Assembly (NCBI GenBank): GCA_965285935.1
Contig: OZ260663.1
Location: forward strand, 89,404,001 to 89,468,000
Length of the DNA stretch: 64,000 nucleotides
From: Ophelia neglecta
Taxonomy: Eukaryota
Direction: 5' to 3'
Positions 1 through 14,500 of the stretch are shown in pieces. Every line of letters begins with the position of its first letter. Within the stretch, counting starts at the first letter, position 1. The position numbers and the translations under genes were made by a program. The notes beneath the pieces are model-generated. The model saw only the letters and a program-made list of their open reading frames with translations. It was not told where the DNA came from and did no database searches.

Positions 1-294
1 CCTTTGTCACTGTTACCTTTTTCTTTCAGCTACTCCAGTGGGATGTTCTGGAAGTTTCTTATACCATTGGTTGGATTGCGAAACTTCGAATGATCTATGA
101 AGTATAACCCTAAACACACCACGCGGCAGCTACCACTAAGTCATCGAGTTTGAGTGTACAAAACATTTTTTATAAACAATGTGTTAAGTTTGCCGGAATA
201 CTTTGTTATATTGGTTGTTGGCAATGGTTCGATAAGGGCAATTTTTGGAAGTGCGATCGTAACAAAGCTTGGTAGGCATAAAAATGGGACCTAC

Positions 295-2543
295 CTAAGC
301 ACGTTTTTCCGTCCAAAGCGAGGTTGAAACCGGCGGCGCAGCTACACATATAACCGGTGGGCAGGTTGTCACAGAATTGGTCACATGGTTGGTCTAGACA
401 CTCATTGATCTCTATAATATTAAAAACGTATGAACCAGCAAGGCAAATGAATTAAAAGAGGCAGTTATATTTATAAATTCATTCTTTATTTCCCTTTAAT
501 GTATTAGTTTCAACAATACTGGTTTTTCCCTGAAGGTATATATGTATGTGTGTCTATATATATATATTTATATTAAATCTAGCGTAGATGTATGTCGTCA
601 TTTAATAAGTGGACACACTTGATAATACGCTATTTATTTTATGGATAGAACAATATTGTGTCTCTATAGGTAGTGATGGAAGACCAAATGTAGTCCATCA
701 AGTAAAACAAAACCAAGTTTACCATCACTTCAAGCCCACACGCGAGAGAGCTAACGTTCCAACTGAGGATATGAGGATGTATAACGCGTACTTGCTCGGC
801 AATTGAGCGGGCAATTATTGACAAGGTACGAGATGAACTTTTTATGTTAGTAAATATAAGCTTTAGGTCGAGTCTGGGTTCAGGATTTGTGTTAAAACTG
901 GCTTTGGCATGGGTTTGGGTTGGTTATGCCACAAAGGACTGGAACGAATATTTGGGGGTCGAGGTATGGCAGACGTAAGAGTTAGGTATGTGTTAGAGAA
1001 CGTTAGTTTCAGCTTTTAAAGCCGATATATCTGAGTCTCTTACCCGCTTGAGGGGTCCCCCGCTATTCCGCCTAGCAATCGGGTAAAAGATATTATTTCG
1101 CAAACTCAATGGCTTAAGCCAGCCGGATTAATACAAGGTTGGATCCACATTTTTGGGCATAATCAGGCTTCGTTCCTGTGATATATTTATAAGAACATGT
1201 GTGTCTACATTTATCTGGATCATATTTATCAAAAAAAAATTCTACTAGGGCTCCTTACAAGGCATTTGAAGTAGTTCAGGTCCCGCTATTTAGTTGGACA
1301 ATGCCATTTCGCATAATGCTATATGTATATTCTTGCAACCCCCGTTGCTAGTGACATCTTTGGTATGGGTTAATGGCATGGCACAGCAAAAGAACAAAGT
1401 CTGGACCGTTTAAACCCCTCTTACCCGAGCAGGTTTGACCGTTTCCCTCGTAGCCTGTAGGACAGTCTCCGCACACAAACCCTTCAGGATTGAGACTTAG
1501 GTCCGCCACAGCTACATCAGAGCAGTCGCTGCCTGAAAAACAGGGATATTTGGCACAGCCATCTTCGTCCTCTTCACACAGTGGTCCAGCTCTACCCAGT
1601 GGGCACAAACAGCGCACCACCACAAATGCTTGGCCGTATGTTGTCCAATCACACGTGGCGCCATTCTGTAAATAGAGCTAGTTACAGTAGCAGACTACTC
1701 ATAATTCAAAATCGCCATGTTTTGTATAACTTTAAACTGTCTTAAACATTTGAGAAGCAATCATCTTATCTTATGCTTTTAGAAATGCAATAAAATACGG
1801 TGAATGGTATATATTGAATTTAATCTCTAACATGTGTAAGTCCAGTGCGAGAGTGTGCGTATTTCATGTCTAGAAGGTTTGACCCACGAAAAGGCTTGAA
1901 CCACTAAATTTATTGGTCTTATTTTCATTTCTTTAAATAGTAGACTAAATGGGAAAGTATAAAAAAATTCTAGCTGTTTTAGTTATGATTTATCTTTTAA
2001 CCTAATGTAACATATTGAACCTTTAATAATTTGACATAAGTGCGATGCAAAAATGAAAGATGTCGTCTTTAAGCCATTTGAAGGTAAGGATAGAATTCGT
2101 TTTGTTTCATACATTACACAAGGTGCAGTCCGATAACGTTTTATCTGCGGACGTGATGATAGTCTAACTATAGCAGGTAATTATTGAATATCAGGTTAGT
2201 TACGACTAAATACGATTTGTTGATCAACTTACACACTCGATTATTTTGCCGCGTACCTTGCATTTGCAGAATTTGATCGTTGGTATGACGGCCGTCTGGC
2301 CCTTGCCATCAGACGCCCGGAAGATTACATCGGGGTTCTCCATGTCGGGGACTATAGTCCAGGAAACCACGCCAGTTGTGTTGTCCACAATATGCAGCCC
2401 ATTTGGTACGTTTTGGTTCAGTAGGTATACAACAGGATCATCTTCCTTGTCGGTAGCGTTCAGGGTTATGAGGGATGGGTAGGATTTACCCAATTCAACA
2501 TGCAGGGTAATATTACTTTCTGTCAACACCGGTGGATTGTTTT
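295..2543 (-). CDS. Cadherin-like/Ig-like domain followed by EGF domains
   Basis: 2543-2257 NNPPVL...ATDKEDD...FRASDG (cadherin-like); 1665-1425 EGF pair ([14 protein letters not shown]...[12 protein letters not shown]); 411-295 [25 protein letters not shown]. Confidence 0.85.
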
Positions 2544-5500
2544 CTGTATAACACAGGATGTAAATCGTGTTATCTTTCTAAACTCTTCTACGGCATTTTT
2601 CTAGACTCCTCTACGACATATTTCATCTTTGTTTTACGTTGACCATAGATTCGTGCGTTATTATATCTGACACACATCATGGAAAACTGGTCCGCACGTC
2701 ACAAATATGTCTTACCTATAATAGATTTGTCAAGTGCTAGGTTTTCCGCAGTGTCCCTCGTAGCCTGTGCTGTGATAGCGTCATCAGTTACCTTATAGTC
2801 AAAATAACATTCACGTCTGCTTGTCGGGTCATCATCAATATTGGTTTGGGCATTCTTCGTACATAACTGAGACAACAAATTAACTATTTGAACACATTTC
2901 ACCGATTTCCTTGTTCACCATATACATACAAGAGTGATTTAAATACACCCATATGTGATTGAAATCTCGTGATAAATTTGTTGAAGAAAACAAGAAAAAG
3001 AACTCAATGCCGGATTTATAAGATTAAATATGTTCAAGAAAAGAAAAACAACACAGTTTTACATAATTTACCCTGACGGCTTCTAATCGTTTTGATTCGT
3101 TGGGGAACATCACAGTTAAATCAGGATTGAAAAAAATTGGCTGGAAGTTGACATCGTTGAATGTACTCCATGTTTCCGGTAGAGTGTAGGTAAACAATGA
3201 GTCATTAGGACCGGTCCTCCCTAGAGAAACAATGGGAATGCACTATTCTCGAAAGGAGGGTGCCTAACAGTTGGCATATTTGGCCAGTAAGTGAAATTTG
3301 AAAATATTGCCTAAACTCAAAATCCAGTTCTTAACTCATCTTTTCCTCAAACCCTGGATATTTAAGTAATGTAACGTTAATAAGAACATTAACGTGGTAC
3401 ATAGAACATGGAATAGATAGGGACAGAAAACCAACACATTAGGTTTGAAATCCTTATGAATTCGAATCAATTTAAGCGATATATATATTTCTACCCAGTC
3501 ACATCTAAAAAAGCAATGAAACAATTAAACAGTTTACCCAAACGTGTTTCTTTTCGGGTATGACTCTCAGAAGGTATCTTATTATCAATTGTTAACGTTT
3601 AGGTACGTTTGAGCATACTAGGAGACTGTAGTCAATTTTTTCCATGCTACTGTTCAGTTCCTCCCCATTAAATTTTCAGTTAAGATTTGCACACGTCCGG
3701 CGCTACGACTCTAATAAGCTAATACGCATGTATACCCTTTATTTACCATGAATTATCGCTATATCAACATAGTGATATCAGTTGTGCAGTACTAATTTCA
3801 TTAGAAGCTTATTTGCTTAGGGGGTGATAAGGATTGTTCGTGGTCCTGCAGACTGTGATTGCTGTTGATTTCGGACCTATGTGATCGACTGTTCCTTGTA
3901 AATGATGATCCGTTGTATATCGTGAATCCACTCCAATTCTATATATGGAATTATATATTCACAGATACAACTATCAAAGATAAATAATGGATGACACCTT
4001 GAATAATTCTTTCTGTAGGATACTCACTTTCGCCTTTATTAAATCGTACTCACACGTTTCTCCGTATTTGTAAAGCTCTTGCTCTGTCGCGTTGGTCTTC
4101 CTCTCGTGTATTGTCCCGTTAGGATATGTTACGTCGTCATCAATGTTATTGTTGTTGGATCCCAATAATCCTGATAGGAAACAGGAGAAAAGCGGACAAT
4201 GAAAACTTTTTGCAAACCTTATTGACTGGGCAACAAATGCGCGCATAGGGTAGTAGAAAATCATACTCTCTGGATCTAAATGTTAAAATGATAAGCCAAT
4301 TTCTAAAAAGCAAATAATACCCTTTGTCGACGTACGAAATGAAGGGTTCATGAATTTATTAATAGTCTGAATGGTTTTTATTGAAAAATGTCATTTTATT
4401 GCAAATATAATTTATGTGTATCAAAAGAATAGATTCATTCATTTGTTCGGTTTATCTTAATCATCGCAGCACAGTATGTATAGGTTTATTAATTGCTGCT
4501 ATAAATAATTTGGTATTACGCTCGATAAAAAAAAGCTTCTTGTCCAAAAATCAATAATGTAAGGCCATACAAAAAGTAATGCAGACTTTCAATGTCAAGA
4601 GGTTGAGGCCACTTTGGGCTGGGAGTTTCATTTAGTGTTTTATTGCTTTTTCTCAAGCATGTATATTTTTTCATATGACAGGTGAATGTACTTGTTGTTC
4701 TCATAATCCTTTTCTCAGCCCCCCATGCTCTGAAAACAGTGGACAGAGATAATTTAGCCCTCCCCGATTAAGGCATTCTAGATGAAGTAAAATATGCAAT
4801 ATGACATTAGGCGAGTTATACTTACCATGAACCACAATATTTGTGTCAGTTTCAATGGTAGTAGACATTGCCAACATTCCCGCGCTGATCTGGAGCCGCA
4901 ATATTACAGCACCATTTGAAATGTAGAATAACATCTCGTAGACCCGTTTACCACCTAAGACATAACTCCTAAAGCCCATGGTGTCGGTTGAATTGACGTC
5001 CAGATTTGCTGTATCTACACTCAAGTTTATGCTGTTTTGCAATTGTTTGTCTATGTAAACCTCTATCAAACAAAGAAAAAAGATAATGTTGAATGTGTTA
5101 AGTATAAAAAAGCAGAGTGCAAAAGGTACCCTTGCCAATTATTGTTGTTCCGAGCAGGGGATCTGTTTGCCGTAGTTCAATCTTTTGCTACTTTATTTAC
5201 AATCCCCTCTTTTTGAAATGGAGCATATTATTTAGCCTATTCAGTATTCTCCTTCTTCAGCTTGCTCTATCACGTTTAACCGAAACAAGGGACACTAGAA
5301 TGTACGACAATAATGCCGAGTAAAGACTCTATTGCATTAAATTGCCAAAAGTAAACGATGTATATTTTACATAGTCCACCTGAATCTACCTACCAATTCC
5401 GTCCCTGTTTTTATTCAATTTAAATTCCAATGGGGCAGAGCCATTTTTTTTACCAACTATCGAACTGAAATATGTCGCAGGCTGCGCTGTGCCGTTTCTT

Positions 5501-8500
5501 ATCACTTGGCTTGCTCTGCCTTGAACAACAAGCTCATTTGAACTTATAAGGATATATTCTCCTAGACCATTGAAGGTAAATGAAAATCCATCCAATGTCA
5601 CAATATGTGGGTCCCCCATTAGATTACCTGCAATGACCGCAAATACATAGAAGTTAAAGAAATTTAGAACTGTGTCCTTTAAAAGAATAGCGGAATTAAA
5701 TTATGAAATCTACACAATTTATTATAAGGTTTTAGTGGTTCTAATTTATCGTCATCCTCTACTCACTAGATGAACACGGGGTGAAATGTCCACAGTGACT
5801 GACGGGTCTCTGGAGTAGAAATTTGGAACATAGTGCTTCCGTGCTCAAACCCTGGGCAATGGTAGCCTTGCCGCAGCAAAGGTGAAAGTGGCTGAGTGTA
5901 CTTTCTCTTTTTGTCCCCCAAAACCTCTGGTATAAATTTGAGCCGTTCACGGCAGCAACAGACGTGATAATTGCCCCATTCATGTCATAACAGCATGTGG
6001 GACTGTGTCCGTTTCGCGATATGACTCTTGTATAACAAACGTAGTCGTTCGTTGAGAGGAGAATCCTCCAAGCAGACGTCATTTGTGTGCGGTCACATGG
6101 ACATTTTCCCGCGTCTATGTAGTCGACAGCTGCCGAAGTAACATCATCCGTGTCCCTGACTATCCAGTCGGCGCATTCAAATCCCGGGTTAAGGAACTGT
6201 GTGTTGTCGTTACTGGTAATGGAATAATAAAGTCTCCCTAAACGTCCTCTGCTATCGGTGACAAATTGGTCAATGCGCTCAATCCTGTTTATATAGGCAG
6301 AACTCGTATAGCGAAGATCAAGGAAACTGTAGATGTATTCACTCCACTGCGTACTGCCGTCTTCGTTTAACACAACATTGCCAACGCGCACTGGATAGAT
6401 GGGTGAAGTGCCAAGGCTGGGCTTCAGATTCCAAGTCATACCACGATCCGCATAAGTAATGATTACATAGGTATTGATGAAATCCGTGGCCAGCACTGTT
6501 TGTAAAGACACTGTCTGTAAAAAACATGACGGTTTTCATCTGAACATTTGATATGCCGTTTATGATATGCCACATACAAAAAAGCGTTATACATATCAAA
6601 TATTAATAGGTATAAGGTGAAAACATGTAAAAACCATTCAAAAAGCACCTAGGCAAGCGCATTTCGCTTTGGTTTGTAAATATGTCGAATTGTTTCAATT
6701 AATATGGAATATAATTGCACAAAATAAACACATAAGCAACCTACCTGCGTAGGGTTGCCAGGGTTTTCTAGTTGATGCCAGGTTACTACCATCATCCACT
6801 TAATGTCAAGATCGCTTACACTATATTCGGCTCTCAGGTCAAGGGATATGTACTCGAGCGGCTGCCTGTCATCCTTATTTAATGCCGAATATAGCTTGTA
6901 GTAAACCCCTTTCGTAGAATTCTGAAACAACATGGATTACATGCTTTCACCAATAAGCGGCTAACTGTGTGTTAATTGTATCTTTCTAGTTTAAGAGGAA
7001 TACAGTAAATAGTGCAATATTTTCTAATGTATATTTGCTTTCACGCTTTTGATAATATAATATATGCTTTATTAGATAGAACCTAAAGTGTACCTAATAG
7101 AATAGTTATTGTGTTATGTGATTTATTTGTTCGCGTCGTGATGCTAACAGAATAAATCATATGTATATAAGTATTCCAAATTGTTATGAATGCATTTGCA
7201 TTAAATTGAAAAAGTAGGTGGTAAGACTATAATAAGTCACCGTTGTCGAGGTGAGGGCCATATTTGCCCAATATGAAGCGATGATGCCAAGCTCTTTAGA
7301 ATTGTCGCCAACTTTGTAATTTTCTAATGATAACGTCGACGGATTGCTGTAATCATATCGCTGCCCTGTTGTTGTAGTATATGTGGTGAAAACGACGAGG
7401 CCTGTCTGCGTCACCTGCATGTGAAGATATTAACTAGTTTAATGGTTTACGGAAGATAGATTTTTAGGAGCCCCTAGCATCCTTGATTGTATATTGTAAT
7501 ATTTTCAATATTACATACACGGACTGATATCTTAACAAGGCCGTGGTACAGTGATGAATTGATGAAATATTCGAAAAAGCTTACATAAAATGACGGACTT
7601 AATTTTCCACCGACTGGCACTGCGAAGTCTGGAAATAATAATGGGCTCGTTTTGCCATTCAGCTTTTGATGGGAATCCGAAAATGTTCTCATCATAAAAC
7701 GCAACTCTGAAAATAGTATTATCATAAATCTTTATCGAGCTCGCAGGTGTTGTGTAATTTTAAATTATCAAAAGTTACATATACGGTGCCAACAAAGAAA
7801 TGCTGATAAATAATTTAACATATTTCCTTGTATCTTTTGTGTATTGCATTGCCACTTAAAGTTTCCCATTTCAAAACTAAAATAATACACATGTTCATTC
7901 TAAAGTGTTGGCTCGAAGCGATTATACATTATGATAGCTTTGATGAAAACTAAATTTCCGTTCTTGCAACAGTCAGCCTGCATAATATGTTATAATATGC
8001 TTATATGTCCGAAAAACTTATTGATATTGATTTCAATGCTTGTTTGGTATCTATTGTTGGAAATAAATGACAGTGTTTTTTAATCCAGGTGCCTACATGT
8101 GCTTAACAATTCCAATCTCAAGTTCTTACCCACACATCGACTGCCGCGGGTCTTGTCGACGCTCATGTCCTCGAAGCCTGGTTTACAGCTACAGGTATAA
8201 GACCCAGGGGTATTCTGACATATCGCCCGGGAGGATTCGTCACATGTGTTTGTGCTTAAGCATTCATCAATGTCTGAAAAAGGGCATATAGCATTAATAG
8301 GAAAAATACTTAACATAATTCTAGGTTAATAATTTTACTCTGACTTTGTAGCGAAATGAACTTAATCCAATGGATTCAAAAGTTATAACAGATCGCAATA
8401 TGTGCTGTTATCGTTCCATAGGCTTACCAATTTATCCTACCTAGATTTATTTAATAGCAATTGTTAGCATTATATAAAAATAACATACCGACGCACACTT

Positions 8501-11500
8501 TGTTAAACTGGCTGTTGCTGGCTGGTTGATAGCCGGTGTCACACTGGCATGTATAACCGCCGGGTCGATTGACACACCCATACGAGCCTAGCACGGCAGC
8601 ACACGGTGAAACGGGGACACACTCGTTAATATCTGTTTCATAAAATACCAAAACTGCTTATGATTTCTATTTAACATTGATCATACATCCAGGACACACA
8701 AAGCATGACTTGAATAGTCTGTCAGGTGTTATTGTAATCGTAGAGATACATTAACCACCAAGCAATGATATGGACTAATAATATATTTATGGAATACATT
8801 CGACCGTTTTAAGAACTATTAGATGATGTATGCGTTTTCGTTCTAACCAAAACATCTCGAAGTTATGTGTGTATTGGGTGATTGAGTTATTGAATACAGC
8901 ATGTTTAAGTGATAGAATATTAATTCATAAACTTAATTCAATTTAGATTCGACTACGCGTACACTTGTACTAAAGCCCTGTTAATGTTCCCATATTATGC
9001 ATTTAATGTAATTTCTATAAATTGTCGAGACTGATGTTACTGATTGATGATTTTCTGTCGATTTGCTTAACAAAATAAATGCAATATTAATGCATCGCCT
9101 TCGCCGCTGCGAGAAATTGTAGCTGTATTTCGACACATGCATCAGAAGAATAATATGTAGGATCACAATTTATAGAACTAAAAATAAGTTGGGTATTTTA
9201 CATTTTATTATTGGTAATTAATTGATAGTGGGAAAAATACCAAAAATTCTCCAAAAGCAATAATTTTCGAGTAAGTAAACAAGTCCATACCTGTGCAAGA
9301 CATGCTACCTTCTTTGATGTTATACCCTGGCGCGCAATAACAATGATATGGCCCATTGCCATGATATGTACACCCGTGCCCGTTGGCTTTGTCACAGGGA
9401 TCTCGTTGACATGGATCGTCCGCACCTGGAAATAAGGGTTATAATATGTTTAAACGGGATAATATTTATGATATTCTAATTACCTGAATAAATTCGGCGT
9501 ACCCAATTTGTGGTTTATAAAATATGTAATATCTACATTGTGCATGCACAAAAATACACAATCCATACACACTCAATATGCTTAATCCATTATATCAAAT
9601 AATCAAGATAAATGGCATACTGGTTTCATGAGGCGCCATAGTTGTTGCAAGTACTCTTTCGGTATATATTGAATCGTCAGCGGTACCGGTTGAAATCGAT
9701 GGAGTAGTATATACACCTGGGTGGGGCACTTCTGAGGTAGAAATATAATCAGAGTCTGTTATCATAATAGAAGTGTCAACCGCTGGACTTTCCATATTTG
9801 TAGCTGTGTTAAATTGAAGGCTTTGCTTAATACTGGTCGTCTCAACACTTGGGCTTTCCATCTTGATGGTTGTGACAACCGTTGGGTTTGTCTTATCCGA
9901 TGAAGTACCTACTACTAGGGTTTCCATTTTGTTGCTAGTATATATTGCTATATGCTCCATCGTCGTGGTAGTGTCACGTGAGTTGATTTCCATCATTGTG
10001 GGAGTGTATTTAGCTTGGTTGTTCAGTTGCTTGGTAGTTCCAAATCCTGTGCTTTCTGTCTGTTTGGTTGTGTCTACTGCTGGGCTCTCCATGTTTGAAG
10101 TAGTGCCGATCGAAGGGCTTCGCATTGACGTTTTGGATCCTGCTGTTGACTTTTGAAGCGTCGTCATTTTGGTAATTCCAACTGACGGGATATTCATTTT
10201 GGTCGATTCGTCAATGCTTGGTTTATCCACGTTTGTTGTCATTTCATTATTTGGATGTTCAGTTATCAGGGTGTTTGAAGTATTTGAATTAGTGTCGATC
10301 GATGGGCTTAGCATTAACGTTGTGGATCCTGCTGTTGACTTTTGAAGCGTTGTAGCAGTGTCAACGGGAAAATTTTCGGTGGTGGTGCCGACATCCGAAA
10401 CTGCCTTCATTTTGGTAATTCCAACTGATGGGATATTTATTGTGGTAGAATCGTAAATGCTTGGGTTATCCACGTTTGTTGTCATTTCAGTAGTTGGGTG
10501 TTCAGTTATCAGGGTGTGGCCATAGGTTGGCATACCCATAGTAGTGGTAATGTCCAGTGTTGGGTTTTCCATCATCCTGGTAGAAGCAACTGTTGAAGGT
10601 TCTTCCGTTATGGTAGTTTTAACTATTTGATTATTCATTTTTGTGCTGGTGTCCATTACATGTTGTTCATTCTTTATGGTAGTGGCAACTGCTTTGTTTT
10701 CTATCGATGAAGTTAGGTAAACGTTTGATGTAACTTCAATTGTTTGGGATTCCATCTTATCAGTTGTAGAGTCAATAGTTTTGTTTTCCATAATTGTCAT
10801 AGTATATTTGTTGTTGTTTTCCATTTTTGTGGTAGTGTCCAGAATTTCGCTTTCAGACATTGATGAGGTTTCTACGTTTGGTCTTGTCATTTTTGTAGCA
10901 TCGCCAGATGTTGACATTTTCATTTCTGCAGTAGTGACATTAGTAAAGGTTGTTGTGTTTCTAGTAGCATATACCGTTGGGCGTTCAATGCTAAAAGTAG
11001 TGTCTTCTTTCGGGCTTCCCATATTTACAGTAGATATAGGATTTGGGCGTTCTGAACTTGAAGCTGTGCCGACGGTAGAGCTTTCCATCTTTGCCTGAGA
11101 GTAAGATGTTGGTATTTCCATGTCCTTGGTAGTGTCTGTAGTTTGGTTTTGGTTCCTTGATGTTTGGCTTTCAATCGCTGCCGTAGTGTCAATCATATCG
11201 ATTTTTATCATAATGCTGGCATCAACACTTGGATAATCAAACTTTGTGGTGGTGAAAACTGTTGGGCCATTTGTTTTATTTGAAGTGGTACGTGTTGGGT
11301 TTCCAATCCTTGAAATAGTGTCAACGCTTGAGCTGGGGGTCTGTGTCGTAGTATCACGTGTATCGACTTCCGTCATGGGAGTGTTGTTAACTTTTGAAGT
11401 TTCCACCTTGGTGCTTTTATCGTCAATATTTGAAGTAGTACCAATAATAGTTTTGCTGCCAGTTGTTGGGTTTCTATTGTCTGGTGTAGTGGACATTGTT

Positions 11501-14500
11501 GAGATGACCTTATTTGTGGTAATATGGGCCGTAGAGATTCTCATCTGCGTTATGGAGCTTCCTGTTGTGGTTTCAATATTGCTACTAGTGCCAACTTTGG
11601 AGATTTGCGTCTGAGTGGTAGTTCCTGCGATAAAAAAATCCAATAAAAACCAAGAAATTATGTCTATTTTCTGTATCAATTTCGATATTATTTCTATGTT
11701 TTTGATTATCGGAATTGATAAACCGAAATTGACAATAAATAATAAAATGAATTAATTATAAGTTCCCATAAGCCAAATTTAGCTATGCGCGCGGGATGAA
11801 AGGTATCAAGACGGAAAATAGGTCGTTTTAATCCTTTTCCTATCAATTTTAAAATTCCTGCTTCAGGAATGCAGTAAATTATGCAGATGTATATAATAAG
11901 TTCATGTATCAAAGCATTCATTATAGAAACATTGTATTAACATTCAAACAAAACTCACCCCATTCACATCGAGCACCTTCAAAGCCTATCTGGCAGGTAC
12001 ATGTATAGCTATTCACACCATCAGTGCAGACGCCATCATTCGCACACGGGCGGCTAGTACATTCGTCTATGTCTAAATGACAAATCATACCATAATATCT
12101 GCTATACTGTTATAATTGCTACTTAATAACATGCACTTTATCATGCAACTTATATATATATTGATAAATATATTAAGGTAAAAATCGCTCGTGCGCATAT
12201 GGTTTTGATAAACATATGTTAATACTGAACTGGAGAAAGTTGTCGGGACACATGTAAATATATCATTAGTGTGTATACAAAAATGTACGGTGACTCCGGG
12301 AAATAAAAGGTTGGGGGAAAGATGGAGAGCATGCTTCTGTCACGTATATTACAGTTGGGCTGTGTTAAGTGTCAATTTTCAGTGGCCTGTTGTCAACATA
12401 GCCAAGAACAGTTTTACATTTGTATCGGGGAAAAGGAACTTAGGAAGATTTTAATTGAGAAGTACCGTGAATGCCATCATCCTGCATTACATGTTTTATA
12501 TTTTTTGGGAACAGAGCCCTGTGTATGCTGGTTACTAATGATTTCAGACTAATTAGATGGTCTACTCTGGATAAATGAATAACTTTGTCTGTGGGGTATC
12601 CTCTCCCGTTTTTTCTCTATAAACCTCGATGGGCGGGAAATAAAGCGGAAATAGATTGGTAAATAGGAATGTACATAAGAAAACTACGTGGAAAATACAT
12701 GGACTTTCAAAACGGGATTATTGTCGTCTATGTATCATATGCTTGTGGTCCACAGATACAACACAAAGAAGGCATTGGCAAACGCAGAAACTGGATGTAT
12801 ATGGGAACGATGGTGGAAAATTGGGATTTTAACAAACCTATGCAAGTGAAACCATTTCCATCATAGCCGGGTAGACATGCACAGTAGTACCCTCCTCGGG
12901 CATTCTCGCACACTGCGTTCTCATCACAATAATTGGTAGTCTCACTGCTGCACTCGTTTATATCTAAAGATTATTTTACCATACATATATATATACATAG
13001 ATATATGAATTTTATATTATAATTTCGGCATATGTAATTAAAATGTTGACATTCGAATTACCCAACTTATTCAAAGAATGTGTTTAATCGATTGATTCCC
13101 GCCGAGCATAAGCCCGATTGTAGATAGTAGAATGCATCCAGTTTCCAATTAAGGAACAAGTCGTGGTACATGGCATTATAATTGATAGCAGGAAACTAGA
13201 CATCGGCAAATTATGGCCTCTGTCTCATATACGGCATATACTAATATTATTTATATGTCGTTAATAACACCCACCAATACAGGAGTCCGGTCCTTGTTGC
13301 ACAAAACCTTGATTGCATTGACATTGAAATGAACCTGGGATATTCTCGCAGGTGGCATCTTCTGAGCATGGATCTAAAGCGCATTCGTCTATGTCTGGAG
13401 GGGGTAAACACTTATGAGCAACTATATTATTTAAGCAATGTCCGTTTAATGTAAAGTGAAAAAACACGAATACGTTCTAACGCCTTAGTCCTGGTGTTAA
13501 TATATTTTAAAAACTAACTTAGAAGTTCCATTGTCTTCTCATTGTTGTTTTTTCGTTAGTTGAACAAACGTGCATGTATATGGATGTACACAGAATGAAA
13601 ATGATTACGCCGTCTATTTTGTTGAAGTAAATATAACTATCTTAATATTTGAATAAGAGTTATGCTTATCATCAAATTGTTAGGTAAAGTAGTGATTAAA
13701 CAGTTTTGTTTTCAAATTTAAGAATATATTTGATCACTGTGCTATATTTGAAAATTACAATGACATTCCTTGTAAAAAACATAAGTTTACTCTACACTTA
13801 ATACAACTGTTGGCAACCATTTCTTCAAGTTTCTAATCAACGAATAGCTTAAACTTTCTGGTCCACAAGCCTTATATAGTATACCTATGTACATATGAGA
13901 ATACATATATATATATATATATTAGAGAATTCGCTCTTAATATATTCACATCAACCCACTTCAACAAAACTAAAATAACCTTTCTCTCAAGTATAAATAA
14001 AGTTGTTCCCACCATCAATGCCAATGCCATCATTGGTAATAACCAGATCCCTCCTTCGATGTCTACCTGGTTTGCCGTTTATGTTACTGATGATTAATTG
14101 TGACTCTTGTCGGCCAACATATGACTTTATATCCTTATATAATAATCCAAATTTAAGAGAGCATAATTTTATATATAATTCATATTGATGTATATGCCTG
14201 AATAGTTTGACGGACAAAAAAACAGAGACCATTACATATTATCATTAATAGGTGTTCGGTGACTTAGGATGGGAAGTTTAGGGTTTTGGAAAAAGATAGA
14301 GTAGAGATCGATTATTACAGATTGTTCGTGGTTGCTGTGTCCTTCCTACCAATAGTAATGATAGCAATTACATCAACCCGATGTAGTGAATAATTTGCAT
14401 TATATTTCAGAATAAGCTATTTAAATGTTTCATTTAAGCACGATCTAACATGCACTACACTTTAATACGCAAACGCAGCCACGAGTGGCGCAGCATTGCT

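Noticed and set aside
9863-11614. Plus-strand Val-rich ORFs
   Set aside because: Antisense shadows of the Thr-rich mucin exon.
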